From Nitrospirota bacterium (GTDB taxonomy: Bacteria; Nitrospirota; UBA9217), in the NCBI GenBank assembly GCA_963749655.1, contig CAVVOB010000034.1, positions 1-48,677 on the forward strand: a stretch of 48,677 bases of DNA. Reading direction: 5' to 3'. Position numbers and translations under genes: made by a program. Under the pieces are notes generated by a model. It saw only the letters and a program-made list of their open reading frames with translations. It searched no databases and had not been told where the DNA came from. This document shows positions 1 through 9,816 of this stretch, piece after piece (positions within the stretch are counted from its first letter, which is position 1; the number at the start of each line of letters is the position of its first letter).

Positions 1-44
1 CATGTTATGTGCTCGTATTTTACTTGGTTCAGTTGGTGTTTGCT
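1..44 (+). other. Probable untrimmed Oxford Nanopore adapter remnant (artefact)
   Basis: ATGTTATGT...TACTTGGTTCAGTTGGTGTTTGCT resembles the ONT ligation adapter core TGTACTTCGTTCAGTTACGTATTGCT. It is AT-rich and is followed abruptly by GC-rich coding DNA. Confidence 0.75.
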
Positions 45-791
45 CCCGAGGTGGGCGCGAGCGATTGGGATTGCACGCTGGAGGCGGGCGCTGTGCGCCT
101 CGGGCTGCGCATGGTGGGAGGCTTGAGCGAGGCGGCCGCGAGGCAGGATCGTCTCGGCCCGCGCCGCAGGTCCGTTCGCTTCGGCGGAGGATCTCGCGCG
201 CCGCGCCGCGCTCGGCCGGCGCGAGCTGCGCTGCCTGGCCGAAGGCGGAGCGCTTGCCGCCCTCGCCGGGCACCGGCGCCAGGCGCACTGGGCCGTGGCC
301 GGCCTGCGCCCGGCCGCCGGCCTCCTGCGCGAAGCGCCGCTCGGCGAGACACTACTCGAGCTGCCTGCGCCCGGCGAGGGCGAGGACATCGTCGCCGACT
401 ACGCGAGTCTCGGACTGACGCTGGGCCGGCACCCGGTCGCGCTGCTGCGTGGCCGCCTGCACGACCTCAAGCTGATTTCCGCGCAGGCGCTCCGTGCGCG
501 GCGCACGGCAGCAGGGTGCGTGCGGCAGGTCTGGTCACCTGCCGCCAGCGGCCGGACACCGCGAGCGGCGTGGTGTTCGTCACGCTGGAGGATGAGACCG
601 GGACCGTCAACGTGGTGGTGTGGCGCGATCTCGTCGAGCGCCAGCGCCGCGAGCTGCTCGGCGCGCGCCTGCTGGGGGTGGAGGGCGTGATCGAGCGCGA
701 CGGCGATGTCGTGCACCTCGTCGCCCGTCGCCTCTCGGACCACAGCCGGCTGCTGGGCGAACTCCTCGCGCCTTCGCGGGACTTTCACTAA
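45..791 (+). CDS. dnaE2: Error-prone DNA polymerase DnaE2, C-terminal fragment (5' truncated, several frameshifts)
   Basis: Pieces across frames: [66 protein letters not shown], and the DnaE2-typical C-terminus SRDFH*. Confidence 0.9.
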   Translation, partial: PEVGASDWDCTLEAGAVRLGLRMVGGLSEAAARQDRLGPRRRSVRFGGGSRAPRRARPARAALPGRRRSACRPRRAPAPGALGRGRPAPGRRPPARSAARRDTTRAACARRGRGHRRRLRESRTDAGPAPGRAAAWPPARPQADFRAGAPCAAHGSRVRAAGLVTCRQRPDTASGVVFVTLEDETGTVNVVVWRDLVERQRRELLGARLLGVEGVIERDGDVVHLVARRLSDHSRLLGELLAPSRDFH

Positions 792-867
792 ACCGTCTAA
801 CGCCTATGACGGGGTTTGACAATCCGCCGGGATGGACGGCGGCAAACCCCCTATAATCGCCCACCAA

Positions 868-1173
868 ATGACCGCCCCCACCTCACCGTCACCGTCGCCA
901 AAGACCTCGCAGACCTGATCCCCGTGTTCTTCAAGAACCGGCAGAAGGAGCTCGAGACCTTGCGTGCCGCACTCGCCGCGTCCGATTTCGAGCAATTGCG
1001 CCAGCTCGGACATCGCATGAAGGGGGTCGGTAATTCCTACGGCTTTGCCACGGTGTCGGAGATCGGCAAGCGCATCGAGGACGGCGCCAAGGGCAGCGGA
1101 CACGGCGTCGATCAACGCCTGCATCGGCGAGTACGCGGACTACCTCTCGAAGGTGCAGATCGTCTATGAATGA
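868..1173 (+). CDS. Stand-alone Hpt (histidine phosphotransfer) domain protein, with apparent indels near both ends
   Basis: DLIPVFFKNRQKELETLRAAL...LGHRMKGVGNSYGF (Hpt H-x-x-K-G motif). ATG at 868 is one base out of frame in a C run. The C-terminus EYADYLSKVQIVYE* lies in a shifted frame ending at 1173. Confidence 0.75.
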
Positions 1174-1294
1174 CCTGGCGGCGCGCGGCGGCGCGACCGC
1201 GCAGCCGCCTACCGCGTGCTGGTGGTCGATGACGATCCCGACATGGCGGGCTACCTCGCGCACCTGCTGCAGCGCGAAGCCCTGGAGGTCGAGA
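1166..1294 (+). CDS. N-terminal fragment of a response-regulator receiver domain (cut at the junction)
   Basis: An alternative frame from ~1207 reads AYRVLVVDDDPDMAGYLAHLLQREALEVET, then switches abruptly to hypE sequence. Confidence 0.7.
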
Positions 1295-1297
1295 CAT

Positions 1298-2059
1298 GTT
1301 GCGGGCGCTGAGCCGCTCTATCTTACCGCCGGTTTTGTGATCGAAGAAGGCTTTCCGATCGCGGACCTGCGGCGGATCGTCTCCTCCATGGCGGCAGCAG
1401 CTGCCAAGGCGGGAGTGAAGATCGTTGCCGGCGACACCAAGGTAGTGAACAAAGGAAAAGCGGACGGCATTTTCATCAACACTGCGGGAATCGGCGTAGT
1501 TTCCGACGGCGGGGAAATCTCGGCTTCAAGGATCAGGAAAGGGGACAAGATCATTATCAGCGGCGAGATCGGAAGTCATGGAGTCGCGGTTCTTGCCGAG
1601 AGAAACGGCCTTACCTTCGATCCACCGGTCGTAAGCGACACCCGGGCATTGAACGGCCTCGTTCAGGCGATGACCGCAGTGAGCAGCATACACTTCATGC
1701 GCGACCCCACGAGGGGGGGGCTGGCAACGACGCTGAAGGAGGCGGCTCTCGAAGCCGGACTCTGCATGCGCATGCGGGAGGACCTGCTCCCGATACCCCC
1801 GGGAGTCAGGGGAGCCTGCAGCCTTCTCGGTCTCGATCCGCTTTATGTTGCGAACGAAGGCCTCCTGATCGCCGTCGTCAGCGCTGATGTCGCTGAAGCA
1901 ATCGTCTCGGCCATGAGGGCTCATGAGTTCGGCCGATCCGCGGCGATCATCGGAGAGGTCGGCGAGGCTCCGGCAGGTATTGTACTTCTCGAAACCACAA
2001 TAGGCGGCAATCGCATCATCGACATGCTTCAGGGTGAGCAGCTTCCGAGGATCTGTTAA
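1298..2059 (+). CDS. hypE: Hydrogenase maturation protein HypE (5' part missing)
   Basis: GAEPLYLTAGFVIEEGF, IVAGDTKVV, FINTAGIG, MRDPTRGG, LGLDPLYVANEG, and the C-terminal GEQLPRIC. Confidence 0.95.
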   Translation, partial: VAGAEPLYLTAGFVIEEGFPIADLRRIVSSMAAAAAKAGVKIVAGDTKVVNKGKADGIFINTAGIGVVSDGGEISASRIRKGDKIIISGEIGSHGVAVLAERNGLTFDPPVVSDTRALNGLVQAMTAVSSIHFMRDPTRGGLATTLKEAALEAGLCMRMREDLLPIPPGVRGACSLLGLDPLYVANEGLLIAVVSADVAEAIVSAMRAHEFGRSAAIIGEVGEAPAGIVLLETTIGGNRIIDMLQGEQLPRIC

Positions 2060-2096
2060 TTCAATTTATCAAACCGGAATCATTTGATAAGACCGT

Positions 2097-2916
2097 TTAA
2101 AATATCCAGCCCGCTCCGAAATAAGCAAGTGTGGCAAAGTCATGTGTAACGATGGGGCTGTCTCTAATGCCGCTGCCGTAATATACACCGTAAATCCCCC
2201 CGAGCAATAACCAGTCGCGGTTCAGCAGGTAGAGTCCTCCCAATCCTGCGTTGATGTTGACGGTGTCCCGTCCGGCATAAGCCGGTCTGTTTATGCCGGC
2301 CTCGGACGACCGGACCCCGTAATAATAGCCGACCAGATCTGGCATTCTGCCATTCACCGCCGAAAGCCGGCGTCAGCCTTAATCTCGAACCGATCCAATA
2401 ATTGTGCGACACCCTGACCGATGCAGAACTTCCCTTGCTGATCTTGCCGATGTCATGATAGAGAGACGCGCTGATGTTCAAACTCTGCGTTCTCCAGAGG
2501 GCATTCACGTAGCCGTCAATTGAGTTTTTTCGTTCAGCCATGCCGGCCAGCACGGGGTCGTCCTCTGGTTCCCATCCGGGATGCAGCTTTATGCCAAGTC
2601 CGAGCTTTGCCATCCTGTCATCCGATTGTACCAGCCAGACGCCGCCTCCGCCTAAGCTCCAATACGCCTGGTCCTTATAGGTTACTATGATGAACGGGAG
2701 CGGAAGGGTCTTCCGTTTATCATCGCCCACAGGTTTGTTGAAATTGAACAAGCCCGGACCGAGGATCCCGTGCAAATAGGACAGCGCGGCTTGTTCCTTC
2801 TCCGGCACGCCGGCGGCAATGTTGTCTTCCGTCAAATCCGCTGTCGTATCCGCATGAGCCTGACCGTTGACAAATAGTAAAGCACCACAGAGAAGACCGA
2901 GCAGAATTATCTTCAC
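2097..2916 (-). CDS. MipA/OmpV-family outer-membrane protein (frameshift ~2345)
   Basis: GTG start with AAGGAGA RBS and a signal peptide; LPLPFIIVTY, LAGMAERKNSID; second frame YYYGV...YAG...DSPIV and a terminal aromatic WIF. Confidence 0.75.
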
Positions 2917-2962
2917 AGATTCTCCTTTTGAGATTATGAACCTCGTTCCGGGAAACGAAAAG

Positions 2963-2991
2963 AATCTATAATATGTTTCCTGCAAAGTCAA
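2963..2991 (-). promoter_or_regulatory. Sigma-70 promoter for the MipA-like gene
   Basis: TTGACT-N17-TAGATT on the minus strand. Confidence 0.5.
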
Positions 2992-3057
2992 GATGCAATT
3001 ATGGGACCTGAACAACCCGCAATGATGATATTCTCGTAAACAGGCAGGTTGATAGAA

Positions 3058-3086
3058 TTGACGCTCAACGTTCTCTCCGGTATAAT
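3058..3086 (+). promoter_or_regulatory. Sigma-70 promoter for the hydrolase gene
   Basis: TTGACG-N17-TATAAT. Confidence 0.65.
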
Positions 3087-3245
3087 GAGCCTGTTCAAGC
3101 TGGCTGAATTATGTTTTCTTGTCTTCCCCGGGTCGCTCACAGCGGTTGCTCTCTTCCGGAGGCATCCTGGTTATGAGGAAACGATATTGAACCCTTTTTT
3201 ATAAAAAGCCTTCTTATAGTCGGATTCTGGACGATCACGGTTTTC

Positions 3246-4271
3246 ATGATCTTCACGTCCTCTTTTGCAGGGCTCAAAGAACGATTGCAGGACCGAAGAA
3301 CACTTCGTGAAAACGGGTCCGCCGGCGGATCGGAATGCGATAAGCTAATACCGGAAATCAGAAACGGGTATGGCGCGGACGGACAATACGATATGGACAC
3401 CTTGACCTTCAGCAATCCTTTATGGAGCGGGGAGCCCGTTTCGGTCTTTTTCCCGAAAGGCATGAAGGGACCGCGTCCGGTTATCTTTTTTTCTCACGGA
3501 TTCGGCGCATCGGACTTGAAACATGCCTATACTTTTTTTATACGTCACATGGTCAGCCGCGGCTACATCGTGATCTTTTCTCCCTATCAGACTGTTCGCG
3601 CGACTTTTGACGAGCGCTATGCGACGCTGTGGAAGGGATTTGAGCTCGCTGTTCAAAAATTTAGCGATAAGATTGATGTGACCCGCGTAGGATTTGTCGG
3701 CCACTCCTTCGGCGGGGGAGCAACGCCGGCCATGGCATTTAAAGGGCTGGTAAAAGCCGGGTGGGGCGGGAAAGCCGCGTTCCTGTACATCATGGCTCCG
3801 TGGTACGCCTATCAGACAAGTCCCGAGGAGCTGAGTAAATTTCCCAGTCATACCTTTCTTGTCATGCAGGTATACGACAAAGATGACACTAATGATCACC
3901 GCATGGCCATAGACCTGTACCGTAGTATCCGACTGCCCGAAAGCCAGAAGCACTTTCAAATTGTTAGTTCCGGAAAAATCAATGACTGCGAGATCGTGGC
4001 GGACCATGCAACACCCAACAGGAATCCTTCTTTGCGATTGAAACAATACGCCATTTTCAGAACCTTCGATGCCCTTGCCGACCGGGTTTTGAACGGCAAC
4101 TCAGAGGGCGATAGGATCATATCAGGAACCGAGGTGCTTTCAAAGGATAGCGGTTACCTGCCTTTGTCGATAAAAGCTGTCCCCCGGCCGCTTCTCCCGG
4201 AGGAACGTTATCGATTTCCCTGGAATAGCGACAAAAATCCGCGCCGTTCGTCAAAATCCGATGGTCCGTGA
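3246..4271 (+). CDS. Alpha/beta-hydrolase (chlorophyllase/dienelactone-hydrolase-like), probably exported
   Basis: FFSHGFG oxyanion region, GHSFGG nucleophile elbow, candidate catalytic Asp (DKDD) and His (DHATP). A hydrophobic stretch upstream suggests the true start is near 3173. Confidence 0.8.
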   Translation: MIFTSSFAGLKERLQDRRTLRENGSAGGSECDKLIPEIRNGYGADGQYDMDTLTFSNPLWSGEPVSVFFPKGMKGPRPVIFFSHGFGASDLKHAYTFFIRHMVSRGYIVIFSPYQTVRATFDERYATLWKGFELAVQKFSDKIDVTRVGFVGHSFGGGATPAMAFKGLVKAGWGGKAAFLYIMAPWYAYQTSPEELSKFPSHTFLVMQVYDKDDTNDHRMAIDLYRSIRLPESQKHFQIVSSGKINDCEIVADHATPNRNPSLRLKQYAIFRTFDALADRVLNGNSEGDRIISGTEVLSKDSGYLPLSIKAVPRPLLPEERYRFPWNSDKNPRRSSKSDGP

Positions 4272-4348
4272 ATTTCGGAGCGAGTGCCTTTCCGCATTTT
4301 GCTGCGGGAGCTTCAATCCTGCTCAGGAAGCGATATGTCTCTTCCTTG

Positions 4349-4377
4349 TTGACACTCCTGCCGTATTTCTATAGAAT
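4349..4377 (+). promoter_or_regulatory. Sigma-70 promoter for the MATE gene
   Basis: TTGACA-N17-TAGAAT. Confidence 0.65.
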
Positions 4378-4440
4378 CGTCTAATACATAAACTACATCG
4401 TTGTTGCCGCACCTGTCGTTGAATTATACTGGTTGATTTC

Positions 4441-5757
4441 GTGCAGAACAATATCCGCAAGCAGGTCTTTTCCCTCGCCCTCCCTGTCGTTCTTTCAAGC
4501 CTCCTCCAGCGGTCTGTCGGCATCATCGATATTTTTCTTGTCGGCGGCCTGGGCGCTTCAGCCATCGCAGCGGTGGGAATCGCGCAGGTCATGGTGTTCG
4601 TCGCCATGAGCTTGTCGTGGGGCATCAACGTAGGAGCAACCGTCCAGGTAGCACAGCTCTGGGGTGCGGAACGAAAAGGAGATGCCGGCAAGGCCGCATA
4701 CCAGGCTATGCTGCTGGCCTGCATAGCCGCTCTTCTTACCATGTTTTTTGGTCTCGCCTTCGGCGGCAATGTCGGTTCTTTGCTCGGAGCACAGGATGAA
4801 GTCAGAGGTATTCTCGCCGATTATACGAAAATCATTTTCACGTTTATTTTTTTCACCATCTCCATCAACGTTTTGGCTGGCATCATGCACGGGACCGGAG
4901 ACACAAAGACCCCGCTTTACGCCATCTTCATTGTTAATATACTGCACGTCATCATTGCCTATCCCCTGATCTACGGATACCTGGGGATGCCGAAACTCGG
5001 CGTCCAGGGCGCTGCCATCGCGATTTCCGTGTCAGAATGTGCAGGCGCACTGTTCCTGTTTATCCGGTCCGTCCATAAACGCTATATCCTTATCACTCGG
5101 AACCTCGAGATGAAATACGCTGCCATGACCTTCAAGCTTGGTTATCCGATCTTTATCGACAGGCTGCTGCAGAACCTCGGGTCCATGGCATTCGCAAAAG
5201 TCGTACTGCTGTACGGGACTTCGGTGTATGCCGCACATCAGGTGGGGCTGGCCATCGAGGCTTTTTCATTCATGCCGGGCTACGGGATAGCAGTAGCAGC
5301 AGCGACCATGGTCGGCCAGAATCTCGGCGCGGGCCGTCCTGATCACGCCCGTATCTCGTCATACGAAGCGAACCGTCTGGCCGTCATCTTGATGGCGGCC
5401 ATGGGGCTCGTTTTCTTCTTTTTCCCCTATGCCCTGCTGCGTACATTTACGAGCGACCCGGAGGTTATAAAATATGGTATCCTGTATATGAAGATCGTTG
5501 CGTTCGCCCAGATACCCCTGGCCGTTACCATGGTGGTCGGCGGCTCGCTTCGCGGGGCAGGGGACACGGGTTTCATCATGTTCTCGACGGTCGCGGGCAT
5601 GTGGCTGGTCCGCCTGCCTGCAGCGGCCCTGCTCGCGACGGTCGTCAAAGCGGAGATCCGCATCGTCTGGTCCGTTATGATAGCGGACTGGCTCGTCAGG
5701 ATGTCTTTGCTGCTCTGGAGATACCGGAAAGAAAGATGGGGAAGGCTGGAGATATAA
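4441..5757 (+). CDS. MATE family efflux transporter
   Basis: About 12 hydrophobic segments; LALPVVL, AIAAVG, GDTKTP, LGVQGAAIA, VGQNLGAG and LRGAGDT motifs. Confidence 0.93.
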   Translation: MQNNIRKQVFSLALPVVLSSLLQRSVGIIDIFLVGGLGASAIAAVGIAQVMVFVAMSLSWGINVGATVQVAQLWGAERKGDAGKAAYQAMLLACIAALLTMFFGLAFGGNVGSLLGAQDEVRGILADYTKIIFTFIFFTISINVLAGIMHGTGDTKTPLYAIFIVNILHVIIAYPLIYGYLGMPKLGVQGAAIAISVSECAGALFLFIRSVHKRYILITRNLEMKYAAMTFKLGYPIFIDRLLQNLGSMAFAKVVLLYGTSVYAAHQVGLAIEAFSFMPGYGIAVAAATMVGQNLGAGRPDHARISSYEANRLAVILMAAMGLVFFFFPYALLRTFTSDPEVIKYGILYMKIVAFAQIPLAVTMVVGGSLRGAGDTGFIMFSTVAGMWLVRLPAAALLATVVKAEIRIVWSVMIADWLVRMSLLLWRYRKERWGRLEI

Positions 5758-5842
5758 CAAATTCGGAATGCGGAATTAACGACTATGGGGAAGACTGAAA
5801 ATACAGCAGATACGGAATGAGGACTTATAAGAAGGAGAAGTA

Positions 5843-6070
5843 ATGGCTGACATTCAAAGCATGATAGGCAAGGAAGTCGAGGTGATCGCCAACGGCATGA
5901 TGTACCGCGGCGTCCTTGTGGAAGTTTCGGACACAGAAGTGCATCTTAAAAGCCTGATGCAGTGGATGTCTCTTCCGGCGTCGACGGTAAGCTCTGTGAA
6001 ACTTGCAGGCCAGGGGCGGAAAGAAACCGAGCGGGATGGAATTTTCTCGAACGGAGATAACTCGTTCTGA
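5843..6070 (+). CDS. Small protein, possible Sm/LSm-like beta-barrel
   Basis: AAGGAG RBS; MIGKEVEVIANGMMYRGVLVEVSDTEVHL resembles an Sm1 motif pattern. Confidence 0.6.
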   Translation: MADIQSMIGKEVEVIANGMMYRGVLVEVSDTEVHLKSLMQWMSLPASTVSSVKLAGQGRKETERDGIFSNGDNSF

Positions 6071-6082
6071 CCGTATCTAAAT

Positions 6083-7441
6083 CTAAGCCGTCTCGATCCT
6101 GAGCTTCTTCAGCTTCCGGTACAGGGTGGCCAGGTCGATGCCGAGCGTGTTCGCTGTCGTTTCCTTGTTCCCCTTGTTCTCCGTCAGGCTGCGCTTGATA
6201 TATTCCCGCTCGAACTCGTCGAGCGCCTGGCGGAGCGATGAGGTGGAAACCCCTTCGAGGTCCAGGGTCCTGAACTTGTCCGGGCAGATCGTGGATGGTG
6301 ATCATGTCGCCGTCGGCCAGAACGGTCGCACGTTCGATGGTGTTCCGCAGTTCCCGGATGTTGCCCGGCCAGTCATAGGCGAGCAGGGCCTGCATGGCCT
6401 CGTAGTCGATGTCCTTGACGCTCTTTTCCGCTTCCTTGGCGAAGATCGCCAGATAATGCTTGATGAGCACCGGGATGTCGTCGCGCCGCTCGCGCAGCGC
6501 CGGCATCCGGATCTCGATGACGTTCAGGCGGTAGTAGAGGTCTTCGCGGAAGCGTCCTTCCTTGACGCGTTGCATGAGGTCGGCGTTCGTGGCCGCGATG
6601 ATCCTGACATCGACGGTGATGACCCGGGTGTCGCCCACCGGGGTCAGTTCCTTGGTCTGGATCACGTGCAGCAGCTTGACCTGCAGCGCCAGCGGCATTT
6701 CACCGATCTCGTCCAGGAACAGCGTGCCGCCGTTCGCCATGGTGATGAGGCCTTTTTTGTCCTCGTTGGCCGAGGTAAAAGAGCCTTTTTTGTGGCCGAA
6801 GAGCTCGCTTTCGAGCAGGTTCTCGGGGATCGCTCCGCAGTTGATGGAAATGAACGGTTTGTCCTTGCGCGGACCGGACTCATGGATCGCCTGGGCGACC
6901 AGGCCTTTGCCGGTGCCGCTCTCGCCGGTGATCAGGATGTTGCTCTTGTTCGGGATCACCTTTTCCATGACCGCGAAGATCTTCTGCATGGCGTCCGAAT
7001 TCCCGATGAATCGCTGAAAGCGACTCGGCCGCTGGCTGAGTTCCTGGCGAAGGATCTGGTTCTCCATCTGGAGCTCCTGTTTCTGAGGATCCTCTTGATG
7101 GTCAGTCTGATCTCGTCATTGATGAAGGGCTTGGTAATGTAATCGGATGCGCCGGCCCTCATCGCCTCGACGGCGGACCCGACCGAGGCGAAGGCGGTCA
7201 TCATGATCACCGACGTTTCCGGGCTGATCTTCTGGGTCTCCCGAAGGACTTCGAACCCGTCCATTTTTTCCATCTTGATGTCGGTCATGACGATGTCGAA
7301 ATTTTCCTTCTTGATGCGTTCGATGGCCAGTTCGCCGTTGTAGGCTTCCTTGACCGCGTATCCCTCTTTTGTGAGGATGATATTCAGCGCCATGCAAATG
7401 TCTTTTTCGTCGTCAACGACCAGAATGTTGGCTTTTTCCAT
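6083..7441 (-). CDS. Sigma-54-dependent response regulator (NtrC/ZraR family; frameshifts ~7080 and ~6280)
   Basis: REC domain (ILVVDDE, TDIKM, DYITKPF); AAA+ domain (GESGTGK, ESELFGHKKGSFT, LFLDEIGE, WPGNIREL); HTH (LGIDLATLYRKLKK) in a third frame. Confidence 0.93.
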
Positions 7442-9695
7442 GCTTGATGGTCTCCCTTACTTTCCTTGCTTCGACCGGAAGAATGATGGTAAACGTCGTT
7501 CCCTTGCCGACCTCGCTTTCGACCTTGATATCTCCTTTGAACCGCTTGATGATATTGTAGCTCAGAGAGAGGCCGAGACCGGTGCCTTTGCCCACTTCCT
7601 TGGTCGTATAGAATGGATCGAAGATCTTTTCCAGTTCGTTCTTGGGGATCCCGATGCCGGTATCGGCGAAGGAGATCAGGATCGGCTCGCGTCCCTGTTC
7701 GTCAGATCGCAGCGCGTTGAGACGCTGCAGCGTGCCTCCTTCGGCATGGCATCAAGCGCGTTCAGAATGATATTGATGAATACCTGGGCCATCTGGCCTT
7801 CATCGATCATGGTCTTCGGGAGGTCGGCGTCGAGCGAAACCGAGATCGTGATGGTGTTCTTCATCCGCTTGTCGAGCCGCATGAGGTCGAGGGTGGACTT
7901 AAGAACATCGTTGAGCTGCACGTACTTGATGTTCATGACGTGGCGCGGGAGAAGGTCGACATCTGCCGTACGATATCGGTGATCCGCTGGATGTGGTTGT
8001 TGATGATGTCGAGGCTGTTCTGCGTGAATTCATCGGTCGCCATTTCGCGAAGGAGCTGGGCAAAGGTGGAAATGGAGGTGAGCGGATTGCCGATCTCGTG
8101 GGCGACGCCGGCGGCCAGCCTTCCGAGCGCGGCGAGCTTTTCGGAGTGCATGACCTGCTGTTCGAGCTTCTTGGCCGTCGCGGTGCCCTTGTCGACCTTG
8201 TCCTCGAGTTCGACGGTATACTGTTTGAGCGCTTCCTCGAGCTGGACGCGCTTGGTCACATCATTGCTGGTGACGAGGATCCCCGGTGTCTTGCCTTCGA
8301 TCAGCAGCGGGCTGATGTTCATCGTCAGGTAGAGGGGGGATTCCCGGAGCCCCATGACCTGATAATCCTTGATCTCGAAACTGCGGCCCGGAGCGTGCTG
8401 TTCAGGATCGTTTCGATGGGGATGCCCTCGTAGGGCAGCAGGTTTTCCGGGAACAGGGCGAAGAGCGGTTTTCCGAGGACCTCCTGCTTGGGACGTCCGA
8501 GCGTCTGCGCCTGGGCCGTGTTCAGCGTCCTGACCATCAGGTCCTTGTCGAGGACCATGAGGTTGGTTTTCGTATTTTCGATGATGTTCTCGAGGAAATC
8601 CTTCTGGATCTCGATCTCCTGCTCCAGCCTGCGCTGATTTTCCAGATGCTTGGCCTTTTCCTCGGCCTTGATCTTCTTCTTGTAGTTGACGATGGTTAAA
8701 GCCGAGGCGACCAGCGTCGTGATGAAGATCGACAGGATCAGGAGGGAATAAAAGCGCCTGCTCTTCTGCATGAGGGCGATCACTTCGGAATAGGGCGCCG
8801 AAACCACGACGATCCACGATTTGCGGGCAATGGGGAACTTGTAATAGGCCGCGAGCTTGTTTTCGCCGCCCGGCGCTTCATAGGAGCCGAAGGTCTCCGA
8901 GGTGCCTTCGATCATCTTCTTTTCGGTGTCAAAGGAATTATGGCACTGGAAGCAGGACGTATCGGTCCGGTAGAGGTTTTTCCCGACCATCTGCGGCTGC
9001 TTGGGATGGAAGAGCAGGGTGCCGTCGCTGTCCATCATCCAGGCATAGCCGCGCGTCCCCGATTTGATGGGCTCGATGAACTTTTGGGTGATGCCGTCCA
9101 GGGAAAGGACCGCGAGGACGACGCCGCTGAAGTCGGGCACGGGCAGGTTGGCGTGCTGCTGGTAGATGGGGGTCGCGATGATGAACTGTTTGGACTCGGT
9201 CTTCTGGTCCGCTGAAGGAAGAAGATCGGTAACCAGTTTTTCGTTTCGCGGGAGGTACCGTGCCTTCTGGAAGTAATCGGTCTTGAAGAGGTTGACGCCC
9301 TCGCGCCCCGGAAACGCACTGTCGTACAGGACGATGCCGTTCCTGTCGAGGACGCGGATGGTGATCAGCACCTCGTTCTGAAGATTGAAGTTGATGGCCT
9401 CGGCAACGGGGCGGCACGAGCTGCCCGCATCGAGCTTTTGCACCTCGGGCATCCGGGATATGACGAGGATGTTCTTGTAGACGTGGTCGATGAAACTTTC
9501 GATGTTCATCGCCACTTCCCGCGCAAGCAGCAGCTGCTGCTGGTTGAACTGATCGGCCATCTCCTCCTGGAGCGACTGGTGAAAGAACTGCCCGAGAATG
9601 ATGATCAGGGAGAGAACAACGAGAAGGCCGAGGATGAAGCCCGCGGGGAAGAAGAGCTCCTTTTGTTTTAAGGTGTGGATAATACGTTGAAACAT
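7413..9695 (-). CDS. Membrane sensor histidine kinase: TM-Cache(with CxxCH)-TM-PAS-HisKA-HATPase (several frameshifts)
   Basis: Two TM segments; Cache-type GYAWMMDSDGTLLFHP; CFQCH; H-box LAAGVAHEIGNPL; N-box QVFINIILNALDAM; G-box GKGTGLGLS. It overlaps the start of the regulator gene. Confidence 0.9.
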
Positions 9696-9700
9696 GAATT

Positions 9701-9729
9701 AATGTACTGCTAAAGCGCCAGGGAGTCAA
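9701..9729 (-). promoter_or_regulatory. Sigma-70 promoter of the kinase/regulator operon (probably leaderless)
   Basis: TTGACT-N17-TACATT, ending 5 nt before the ATG at 9695; no SD. Confidence 0.55.
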
Positions 9730-9816
9730 GAATGAAAAGGGGAGGGAGCGGCTGAATGGGCGTTAAGTAACGGGCCTGTCAGAGGGCGTACCCGCTACCG
9801 CGGGTGGCGTCGGCTT

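Noticed and set aside
816-857. TTGACA and TATAAT upstream of the Hpt gene
   Set aside because: The spacing is 30 bp, incompatible with a single sigma-70 promoter.
1166-2059. 297-aa ORF as a novel N-terminally extended HypE
   Set aside because: The N-terminus is an off-frame reading of a receiver-domain fragment across a probable chimeric junction.
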